DNA of 64,000 bases from the NCBI GenBank assembly GCA_963737655.1, contig CAVTTN010000002.1, forward strand, positions 4,544,001-4,608,000, read 5' to 3'. Origin of the DNA: an uncultured Planctomycetota bacterium. Its GTDB lineage: Bacteria > Planctomycetota > Planctomycetia > Isosphaerales > Isosphaeraceae. Position numbers and translations under genes: made by a program. The notes under the pieces were generated by a model. That model worked only from the letters and a program-made list of their open reading frames with translations, did not search any database and was not told where the DNA came from. This document shows positions 50,016 through 59,037 of this stretch, piece by piece. Each line of letters starts with the position of its first letter. The first letter of the stretch is position 1.

Positions 50016-50740
50016 GGGCGAACCTCTCTCCCGCGAACACCTCGACCCGACCGCCCACCGGCCCAAGCCCCGGGCCCTCGCCCATCGAGGCGCGACGCCC
50101 CCACCTTACCAGGACCGCGACCATTCGGCCACCCACTCGCCCCGCCAGCCCGAGCCAGGCCCAGACCACGGCCAGCACCGCCCCTCGATCGCGGACCGGG
50201 GAACACATCACGGCGGGGCCCCGAACCCGACCCGCCCGGAGCCGGCACCCCCGGCCCCCGTCGCGAGTCACCTCCCCCGAATCATCGAGGCCGATCGCCC
50301 CGGCGATCACCCAATCCGCGACCCCCGACCGAACCTCTTGACACCGTCATGGCACAATCGGCCCCCGGCGAAGGCCCGTCCGTGTCCGCACTTCGGGCAC
50401 TTTTCGACGTTCAAGGCCCGAACGACCCGTCGACGCAAATTGTTTTCGAGTCGAAACTTGCACTCCAATCACGGACGATCGAAAATATCAAGGCTCCTAC
50501 CCTGGCACGAGTGACTGCGCGCGTGTTTGCCCTGGAAAAACCGCCCTTTGGTGAAGTTTTCGCCGAAAAGTGTAGTCAACTTCCGAGAAATCCAGGAATG
50601 TACAGATCTCAGGAAGATGCGAGCCTTGAATCGATTGCGGGGTGAGACTCGCTCGACGACAACGCTTAATTAAGCCGATCGGGACGGCTCCGCCCGGATC
50701 AACAAGGTGGCATTCGATCGCGGCGAGGCCCGAGGCGCGG

Positions 50741-51331
50741 TCAGGCAGGCACCCTGGGGATCTTCCGGAGCGCGAGCCCGAGCATCAGCCACGAGACGCC
50801 CCGGAACATGGTGCTGATGCCGACGAGGAGGCCGATGATCATGAGTCCCGACATCGGGAGCTCCCTCCAGATCATGATGCCGATCACGACGTCGACCACC
50901 CCGCTGACGAGCAGCCAGATCCAGCCCTCGAACCGGTGGGTCAGGGCGGCGATGGACCGGGCGATGCCGCCGACCAGGAGGAAGCTCGCCAGGAGGAGGG
51001 TCAGGGCGATCCCGCCCTTGATGGGGTTGGCCAGGAGCATCAGGCCGATCACGATGCCCAGGGTGCCGGCGAGCACGGCGAGGAAGAACCCGCTCCACTC
51101 GCGGCACCAGAACGCGCCGATCGCCTCCGCCACGCCCCCGACGAACATCAGGGCCCCGAGCACGGTGACGGTCGCCAGGGTGGTGATCACGGGGAAGCCG
51201 AGCAGGATCGTCCCGAGGGCGATGAGCGCGATCCCCAGGCCCACGAGCCAGGGCCACTCGCCCCGGATCGCCTGGAGTTCATGGCGGATCGCTTTTCGCA
51301 ATGGCATCTCGCGGGCGGCGGACGGGTCCAT
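50741..51331 (-). CDS. HdeD/DUF308 family membrane protein
   Basis: W.W...LGI..I.LG, NP..G...LT.LLA.F, GW.W.L.SG, IGLLVGI..FRG. Confidence 0.88.
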   Translation of the reverse strand: MDPSAAREMPLRKAIRHELQAIRGEWPWLVGLGIALIALGTILLGFPVITTLATVTVLGALMFVGGVAEAIGAFWCREWSGFFLAVLAGTLGIVIGLMLLANPIKGGIALTLLLASFLLVGGIARSIAALTHRFEGWIWLLVSGVVDVVIGIMIWRELPMSGLMIIGLLVGISTMFRGVSWLMLGLALRKIPRVPA

Positions 51332-51585
51332 GGCGGGTCTCCCCGGGGCTCTTCCTGTGCGGGATGGAGGCGATCGCCGATCGTCGGACCGGCTGCGCGC
51401 GAAGAGGCCCCGTCCATGCGAGGGACCGCACGCCGGGGCCGTCTCGACCGAGAGGACGCGTCCCCGTCGCGAGGACGCGGCCTTGACACGCAAGTAAAAT
51501 CGATGGGTTTGCCTCCTGTCAATACGCGGCGCCCCGGGAATCGCCGAATCCTCGCCGATTCATTTCATGAAAATTCTCACACCAA

Positions 51586-51759
51586 CTAAAGGGTCACGGC
51601 CTTCGCCTTGCTGAGCCGCCCCTCGATCACGCCGACGAGCTTGCCGAGGTAGTCGTCGGAGTACCCCTTAACCATGGACATTTTCTTGTATTCGTCGTCA
51701 TGGGCCACGAGGAACTCCTCGGCTAGGACGCGAATCGCTTGCCAAACCCGGCCGGATCG
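51586..51759 (-). other. Startless ~57-codon reading frame (gene remnant or mis-sequenced small gene)
   Basis: RVWQAIRVLAEEFLVAHDDEYKKMSMVKGYSDDYLGKLVGVIEGRLSKAKAVTL* with coding-like GC3; in-frame TGA upstream. Confidence 0.4.
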
Positions 51760-51825
51760 TCAAGGGGCCCGGCGGCGGACGTGGGGAGAGGGCCCGGGCC
51801 CCGAGTCGAGGTCCTCCGGCGGCGA

Positions 51826-52956
51826 TCAGGGCAGATCCACGGCGATCGGCGCGGCGGGCACCAGCGTGGCCACCGAGGCGTGAGGCCAGGAGAGGCCGGC
51901 GAAGACCAGCTGGACGGTCTGCGAATATTGAATCTGGGGATAGGTGACCGAGATGGTGATCGGTTGATAGATGGCCGAGGCCGTCCGGACCCGGAAGCCG
52001 GGCAGCGGCAACCCCGGGACGGTGGACGCGGGGTCCAGGTCGATCGAGGAGTTCGCCGGCATGCAGGGGACTTCCAGCGAATACTGGACGGTCTCGATCC
52101 AGAAGGTCGCCGTCATGGTGACCGCGTTGGCGTTCGGGAGGGGGTTGCCGACGAGGAAGGCCATGTCCTGCGTCCCGCCGCCGACCAGCGGGGCGGCCGG
52201 GGCGGTGGCGATGGTCAGCGCGACGGTCTCGGTGATCGCCTGCCCCTGGATCGCGTTGCGGAGGACCGAGTTGGGGTCGTCCAGCATCGCCTGCCAGTCG
52301 GCCAGGGTCAGCGACGTCCCCGGGACGGGCAAGACCTGGGGAATTCGGGGGGTGGCCTGGTTGCTCGCGGTCTGGCTGGGGAACTTGATCGGGCCGCCCC
52401 CGGGGACGAACGGCGTGATGTCCAGGGCCGGGATGGTCGGCGGCCCCGCCGCCGTCGCCGAGGTCCCCTGGGCCAGGATCGTGGCGCCGTGGGGGATCGA
52501 CGCCATCCGGACCACCGAGGGAATCGGCACGGCCGGATTGGTCGTCTCCGGGACGTTCAGCCAGATCCCGGGCTCGAAGTGGATGCCCACGGTCGTATCC
52601 GGGTTCGTCACGTCGTTGACGGTCTGGAGGTACGGCACGCCGTTCAGGAAGAGGTCGGGCTGGACCTCGCCCCGGTTGGGGATCGACCCGAGGGCCTTGG
52701 AGAAGGCGAGCGACTCGGTGGTCACGTTCAATTCGAGGACGTTATCGCTGTTTAGCGGGGGCGCCGACGGCTGGCTCGGCCGGAAGATCGTATTGAACCC
52801 CAGGCCCGCCCATTCGCCGGCGAACTGCGCGAGGGGCCCGAGCGGCGGGTCGATCGCCATGGCCCGAGACGGCCCCTTCGACCCCGGCACCTCGTGGATC
52901 TTGAAGCCCTCCGGGGCCTTGATTCCCACGTCCACCGGATCATTCTGGTCGCTCAT
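51826..52956 (-). CDS. Putative heme-binding beta-barrel protein
   Basis: LGPLA...GEW.G.GFNTIFRP, IPNRG..Q, YLQ, IHFEPGIWL, RMASIPHG, IQYSQTV.L.F..LSWPH.SVATL; GGAGG RBS. Confidence 0.7.
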   Translation of the reverse strand: MSDQNDPVDVGIKAPEGFKIHEVPGSKGPSRAMAIDPPLGPLAQFAGEWAGLGFNTIFRPSQPSAPPLNSDNVLELNVTTESLAFSKALGSIPNRGEVQPDLFLNGVPYLQTVNDVTNPDTTVGIHFEPGIWLNVPETTNPAVPIPSVVRMASIPHGATILAQGTSATAAGPPTIPALDITPFVPGGGPIKFPSQTASNQATPRIPQVLPVPGTSLTLADWQAMLDDPNSVLRNAIQGQAITETVALTIATAPAAPLVGGGTQDMAFLVGNPLPNANAVTMTATFWIETVQYSLEVPCMPANSSIDLDPASTVPGLPLPGFRVRTASAIYQPITISVTYPQIQYSQTVQLVFAGLSWPHASVATLVPAAPIAVDLP

Positions 52957-53181
52957 CGTCGATCCTCCCCCGAGGGTTCCCGGACGACCGCGGAGGGCCG
53001 ACCGGTCTGTTGGAGATCTTGGGGCCAAATGCGCCTTTTCCGGTAACTTCTGGACATTTGCAGACTTTACTCGAATCGCCAGGTTCCGGATCGACCTGAG
53101 CAGAGCAGAGCGGAGGCAGACGGTCAACGACCGACCGCCCGGGGCCCGCGATTCCCTCCCGGAAGCGCGAAGAGGTGCCCC

Positions 53182-53310
53182 GTAGAAAACCCCGGTGATG
53201 GAAAGGAATCGAGTAGGTCCGACTTCAGTCGGGCCTGCAAGAATCCTTTTTTCGTAGGCCCGACTGAAGTCGGACCTACTCGATTCCTCATTCTCCATGG
53301 GGTTTTCTAC
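53182..53310. repeat. Nested REP doublets (inner GTAGGTCCGACTTCAGTCGG family)
   Basis: Outer GTAGAAAACCCC ... GGGGTTTTCTAC; inner AGGAATCGAGTAGGTCCGACTTCAGTCGGGCCT ... AGGCCCGACTGAAGTCGGACCTACTCGATTCCT. Confidence 0.85.
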
Positions 53311-53324
53311 CGAGCAGCGACGAG

Positions 53325-53384
53325 GGGTGTCGCCCTCGAACCTGGATCTTCCCAAAGGGTGCTCCAGGTTCCAGGGCGACACCC
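53325..53384. repeat. Inverted repeat/hairpin
   Basis: GGGTGTCGCCCTCGAACCTGGA ... TCCAGGTTCCAGGGCGACACCC. Confidence 0.7.
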
Positions 53385-53677
53385 GGCGACGAGTCGCGAG
53401 GATCTTGCCCACAGGTCTGTCGCATGTTAACTTCCTCGAACCTGGGAGGATGCCTTGACCGAGATCGCTCCGGGATCGCCTTTCCCGCCGATCCATGAGT
53501 CCTCATCGCCGTTCGTTCCGGGTCCCGGGAGGACGACTCCGAGGCCGCTGAGGTCGTATGCCCATCCTCCGGGGCCTTCCCGGAGGCCTGCTCCGCGGGG
53601 TCTCCGGAGACTTCCAGGAGCCAGCAACGCCGTTCGAGGGTCAGGACCATCCCCGGATCGGAAATGGAGTCATCGCG

Positions 53678-54502
53678 ATGGTGTTCATCCCGAATCCGTT
53701 TAGCAGCAAGGCGACGAACCTCAAGAGGGGCCTGCGGGATCGCACGGAGGGGAAGCGGCTGTTCAACGTCGTGGGCGACCCGACGGCTCGTGATGTGATC
53801 GACCTGATCGTGACCCACAACTGCACGGCGGCGATCAACGCGGGCTGGAGCTATGACCAGCTCTTCGGGGCGGCCGATCAATACATCACGGCCGACATCG
53901 CGAACATCCTGGGTGCCTCGCTGCGGCTGGCGAACCTGGTGGGGGACTTCCAGGCCGGGCTGCTCGGCCCCCAGATCGCCGGGCCGAACATCCTGGCTCC
54001 GGCGAACTATCACGTGGCCGTCGGCGACAACGCGGCCACCCAGGCCGCGAAGTGGATCTGCAATTCGTCCAACACGCTGGGCATGGGCCATCTCGCGGCC
54101 GTCCGGAACGTCTTGCAGCTCGCGATCGCCGGCAACCTGGACATGGAGAACCGCCAGCACCTCCTGATGATCAACAACGCCACGAACCTGGGCGCCGCCG
54201 GCCCGGCATTCCGGGGCGTGGCGCTGCCCCCGGGCAAGATCCCGAGCAGCCCGTCCGGGGCCTGGCTCCTGAATCAGGCCCTGATCCTGATCCACGGGCA
54301 TGCCGCCCTGGGCGGGGTCGGCAACCCGACCTGGCGCGACCTGGCCTGCTACCTGCTCGGGGCGATCATCCGATGCCACGGATACACCGACGGCAACGGC
54401 CGGACCGCTCGGGCGGCCTACGCCATCTGCGTCCTCCGGGGCGGGGGCGCCGGATTCGACGCGCCGACGGTCGCCTTCGAGCAGACGCTCCACGGCCTCT
54501 GA
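53678..54502 (+). CDS. Divergent Fic-domain protein
   Basis: HGYTDGNGRTAR at 54377-54412 matches HxFx(D/E)GNGRxxR; GGAG RBS before MVFIPNPF. Confidence 0.85.
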   Translation: MVFIPNPFSSKATNLKRGLRDRTEGKRLFNVVGDPTARDVIDLIVTHNCTAAINAGWSYDQLFGAADQYITADIANILGASLRLANLVGDFQAGLLGPQIAGPNILAPANYHVAVGDNAATQAAKWICNSSNTLGMGHLAAVRNVLQLAIAGNLDMENRQHLLMINNATNLGAAGPAFRGVALPPGKIPSSPSGAWLLNQALILIHGHAALGGVGNPTWRDLACYLLGAIIRCHGYTDGNGRTARAAYAICVLRGGGAGFDAPTVAFEQTLHGL

Positions 54503-54697
54503 TCCCGCGGGGTCCGTCGCCCGAGACGGCCGGCAGGGCGCCGACCTCCGGCCGATTTCTCTCCCCTGGCGCCGTCGGGCCCCGTACAATGGGTCCTCGG
54601 TGGGGCCGATCGGCCCCGAGGTGCTCTTCTCGGGATCTCCACCTTGGATACTCCTTCCGCGAGCGGCGTCCGGCCCGGCCTGGCCGAGTCGATCGAG

Positions 54698-55935
54698 ATG
54701 CCCAGCCCGTTTGTTGATGAGACCGTCTCCGAGGTCACCGAGAGGGCCATCCCGATTCGTCCCAGCGACCTGATCCGCTCCCTCTCGGCCGACTCCCGGC
54801 TCGAACCGGCCGAGCGCCCCGGTTCGAGCAGTTCTGCCGCCTTTTGGGATCGGTGTTTCACTATGAATATTTCGAGTGGCTGACCGAGCTGAAGGACCTG
54901 TATTCGCCCCTCGACCCCGACTCCGATTGCGCCGACATCGTCGATTGCTCGCGGGCCCTGACCGACGACTCCGACGAGGCGTTCCTCCGGCCGTTCGAGG
55001 CCGCGTTGATCCGCGCCAACTATCGGCCGTTGAAGCTGGAAGTGCTTGAGAAGGCCGTCGCCGCCCCGAACGAGCTCGGGCTGAACTACGTGCCCAACTT
55101 CAAGCTGTTCGAGCACCTGAAGGTCTACGTGAGGGGCCAGACGAAGGTCTCTCGGCTGGTCCGCAGCTTCCGCACCAAGTTCCGCAAGCGCGAGATCATC
55201 CACCCGAGCTACTCGCGGATGGTCGTGATCCTCAAGTTCCGCAAGGACGCCAAGCTCGACCAGTTCGCCCGGTCCGACGTGCTGTACTTGCGGATGTTCA
55301 AGGACGTCCCCCACGTCGATATGGAGATGCATCTGCCCGAGCAGGGCGTCCGGGTCAAGATGAGGATGATCGACAAGGCGCAGATCGGCTCCCCCCTGGT
55401 GGCGTTCCCGGCCACCCTGGCCGCGAAGCTCGCCGGGGCGGTCTTCTTCGGCCTGTCCATGCCGTCCCTGGCCATCGGCGGGCTGATCCTGGCGCCGGTC
55501 ACCGCCGGGGTGAATTCGTTCTTCGGGTTCCAGCGGGCCAAGCAGAAGCACCTGGCCCACATGATCCGCCACCTGTATTACCTGACGCTGGCCAACAACG
55601 GCAGCGTGATCACCCGGTTGATCGACTCGGCCGAGGAGGAGGAGTTCAAGGAGGCCCTGCTCGCGTATTTCTTCCTGCTGAAGTCCGAGGAGCACGACGT
55701 CTGGGACCAGCCCCGGCTGGATGCGGCCGTCGAGCACTTCCTGAACGAGGCCACCGGGCTGGTGGTCGATTTCGAGGTCGGCGACGCGGTGAAGAAGCTC
55801 CTGAGGCTGGGCCTGGTCCGCGACGACGGCGGCCGTCTCCTGGCGGTGTCGCTCGATCAGGCGTTGGCGTCGCTCGATGCCCAGTGGGACAATTACTTCC
55901 GGTTCCACGCCCCGGCCGTGATCACCCGGCCGTGA
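54698..55935 (+). CDS. DUF3754/TMEM143 family protein (indel near 54815)
   Basis: ERAIP, FHYEY...[57 protein letters not shown] at 54585. Confidence 0.85.
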
Positions 55936-56014
55936 TCGGCCCGGGGCGGATTCGCGGGATCGCGTCGAGCCGGCCCTGGCCCTTGCCTCCTGGTCCCCCT
56001 GTCGAGGCGACGCC

Positions 56015-59000
56015 ATGGACGAGGAGACGATTCTCGCCCCCTCCGCCCGGGGAGGCGCCCTCCCGGTCGCCGGGGACTCGGGGCCAGACACCGCGGGGCC
56101 GCTCCGAGATCTCGCCGACGATTCGACGATCGTGGGGCCGGGCCCCCCGCCGGTGTCCGAGGGCGGTCCGGGCGAAGGAATCGGCCCGTACCGGCTCGTC
56201 CGGGAGATCGGCGAAGGTGGGATGGGCGTGGTGTTCCTGGCCGAGCAGGAGAGGCCCGTCCGCCGCCGGGTGGCCCTGAAGCTGATCAGGCCGGGGATGG
56301 ACACCGGCCGGGTCGTCGCGCGGTTCGAGCTCGAGCGCCAGGCCCTGGCGCTGATGGAGCACCCGAACATCGCCCGGGTGCTGGACGCCGGCGCGACCGG
56401 GGACGGCCGCCCGTTCTTCGTCATGGAGCTGGTGGACGGCATCGCCCTGACCCAGTATTGCGACCGACAGGCCCTGACGCCCCGCGAGCGGCTGGAGATC
56501 TTCGTCCTGGTCTGCCAGGCGATCCAGCACGCCCATCAAAAGGGCGTGATCCATCGCGACATCAAGCCCTCCAACGTCCTGGTCGCGCTGCATGACGGGC
56601 GGCACGTCCCCAAGGTGATCGACTTCGGCGTCGCCAAGGCGATCGGCGAGCCCTTGACCGACGATACCGACGCCACCCAGTTCGGCATGATCGTCGGGAC
56701 CCTGGAGTACATGAGCCCGGAGCAGGCCGACCCGGGATCGATGGACGTCGATACCCGAGCGGACATCTACTCGCTGGGCGCCCTGCTGTACGAGTTGCTC
56801 GTCGGCTCGACCCCCCTGGTCCGCGAGAAGATCCGGGGGGTCGCCCATTCCGAGGTCCTCCGCCGGATCCGCGAGGAGTCCCCCCCGACTCCCAGCGCTC
56901 GGCTCGCCGCCTCCAAGGGGGTGGCGGCGATCGCGGCGTCTCGGCAGACGGAGCCGCCCGGCTGGCCCGCCTGGCTCGGGGCGACCTGGACTGGATGATC
57001 ATGAAGGCCCTGGAGAAGGACCGCTCGCGCCGATACGACACGGCCGCCGCCCTGGCCCTGGACGTCCGCCGCTACCTCCAGGACGAGCCGGTCTCGGCGG
57101 GGCCGCCGACGGCCCGGTATCGGCTCGGCAAGTTCGTGAAGCGGAACCGGGCGGCCGTGGCGATGGGCTCGGCCGTCGCCGGGCTGGCGGCCCTGGCGGT
57201 CGTCGGCCTGGTCGTCGGGCTGGTGATGGTCAATTCCGCCCGGGAGAGGGCCGACTCGGCGCTCCTGAGGGAGATCGCCGAGAGGCAGGAGAAGGAGAAG
57301 GCCCTCGCCGCCGAGACGCGGGCCAAGACCCGGACGGCGGAGGCCCTGAGGAGGCTCACCGACGTCGTCGTGGGCGACCTCCTGGGCCAGAAGGTCGCCC
57401 TGGGCGATCGAGAGAAGCGGTTCCTCCGCGACCTGGCCGGGATGTTCGAGGACTTCACCCGGGAGGACGGCGACTCGCCCTCGGCCCGGGCCCTCCGCGC
57501 CGACGGCTCCTACGAGGTGGGGATCATCCGGTCCCGCCTCGGCGAGCTGGCGGAGGCGGAACCGGAATACCGCCGGGCCGTCGCCCTCCTGACGCGCCTG
57601 GTCGACGAGTCCCCGGGACTGGCCGAGCCTCGGCACAAGCTGGCCAACGCCCTGGACCGGCTCGGCGCCCTGCTCGCCGCCCTGGAGAGGCCGACCGAGG
57701 CCGAGGCCGAGTACCGCCGGGCGATCGCGGTCTGGGACCGGCTGGCGACCGACTTCCCCGAGAACCCCTCCCACGTTCCGGACCTGGGCGCGAGCCTGAA
57801 CAACCTCGCCATCTTGCTGGTGGACCAGGGTCGCCAGGCGGAGGCGGAGGTCGTATTCCGGCGGATGGTCGTCGCTCGCGAAAAGCTCGCCGCCGCCTCG
57901 CCCCGGAGCCCCGACCGTCAGTTCGCTCTGGCCTCGAGCTTGATCAACCTCGGCGTCGTCCTGGTCGAGACCGGTCGAGGGCCGGAAGCCGAGCCGCTCT
58001 ATCGCCGGGCCCTGACCCTCCACGAGCGGATCGACCGGGAGGCCGGCGACGTCCTGGTCTATCGGGTCCAGTACGCTCGATGCCTGAACAACCTGGCCAA
58101 CGTCCTCCAGGACCCGCAGGAGTGGGCCGAGGCCGAGGGCTATTACGAGAGGTCCGTCGCGATCCGGGAGCGGCTCGCCTCGGACTTCCCGTCGGTCCCC
58201 GCGTATCGGAGCGAGCTGGCCGGCGGGCTCGACAACCTGGCCAACGTCCTGAGGAAGCAGGGGAAGCTCGCCGAGATCGAGGGGATCCAGAGGCGTGTCC
58301 AGGCGATCCGGGACCGCCTGGCGGCCGAATCCCCGACCTCGTCGGGGAACCAGGTGAAGCTGGCGGGGGGATTGGTGAACGCCGGGATCGCGACGGCGGC
58401 CCGGGGGAAGCCGGCCGAGGCCCTGAAATCCTATGACAAGGCCATCGCCCTGCTCGAGAGCGTCCTCGACCGGACGAGGGACGACGCCACCGCCCGCCTG
58501 TTCCTCCGCAACGCCCGCTGGTCCCGCGCCCAGGCCCTGGAGGCGCTCGATCGTCGCGACGAGGCGGCCCGCGAGTGGCAGAAGGCGGCCGAAACCGACC
58601 CCGAGCCGAAGCAGGTCAGCTCCCGGATCTCGTTCGCCCTGTGCCTGGCCCACGGGCAGCGACCGGCCCGGGCGGTCCCCGTGGCGGAGTCCCTCCTGGC
58701 CGATCTCCCGGACTCGCCCCCGGTCCTTTACAACTCCGCCCGGGTCTTCGCCCGGGCCGCCCTGGCCGATCCCGGAGGACCGGAGAGGCTCGCCTCCTCC
58801 GCCGTGGGCCTCCTGAAAAAGCTCGTCGAGGCCGGTTACGACCAGATCGAACAACTGGAGGCGGAACCCGACTTCGGCCCGATCCGCGATCGCGACGACT
58901 ATCGCAAGGTCGTCAGCCGGATGAAGGCCAGGACGCCGGCTGTCCCCCGAAAATCCCCGAATGACCGCCGAGCCGCCAGGAAGCCCTCTCCGGCGGAGCC

Positions 59001-59028
59001 TCAACCCGGGCGATTGACGCCCCGCTAG
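56015..59028 (+). CDS. Ser/Thr kinase with C-terminal TPR repeats (indel near 56955)
   Basis: [25 protein letters not shown]; joining the frames restores [23 protein letters not shown] repeats. Confidence 0.92.
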
Positions 59029-59031
59029 AAT
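59026..59031 (+). promoter_or_regulatory. -10 box TAGAAT 6 nt before the ATG (leaderless-type geometry)
   Basis: TAGAATggattcATG with no SD sequence; the TAG is also the kinase stop codon. Confidence 0.45.
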
Positions 59032-59037
59032 GGATTC

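Noticed and set aside
50503..50518. Sigma54-like TGGCACG...TGC
   Set aside because: GG-to-GC spacing is 11 rather than the required 10, and no downstream + strand gene
51483..51530. TTGACA/TAAAAT hexamers and GGCAAACC suggesting a promoter or c-di-GMP riboswitch
   Set aside because: Spacing is wrong on the + strand, the -10 match on the - strand is weak, and the GNRA loop/receptor architecture is missing
41088..59028. Pseudogene or programmed-frameshift calls for the split kinases, DUF3754, ThuA and resB
   Set aside because: Indels are scattered and also hit essential gatA, and no in-frame nonsense decay is seen, so sequencing error is the simplest explanation
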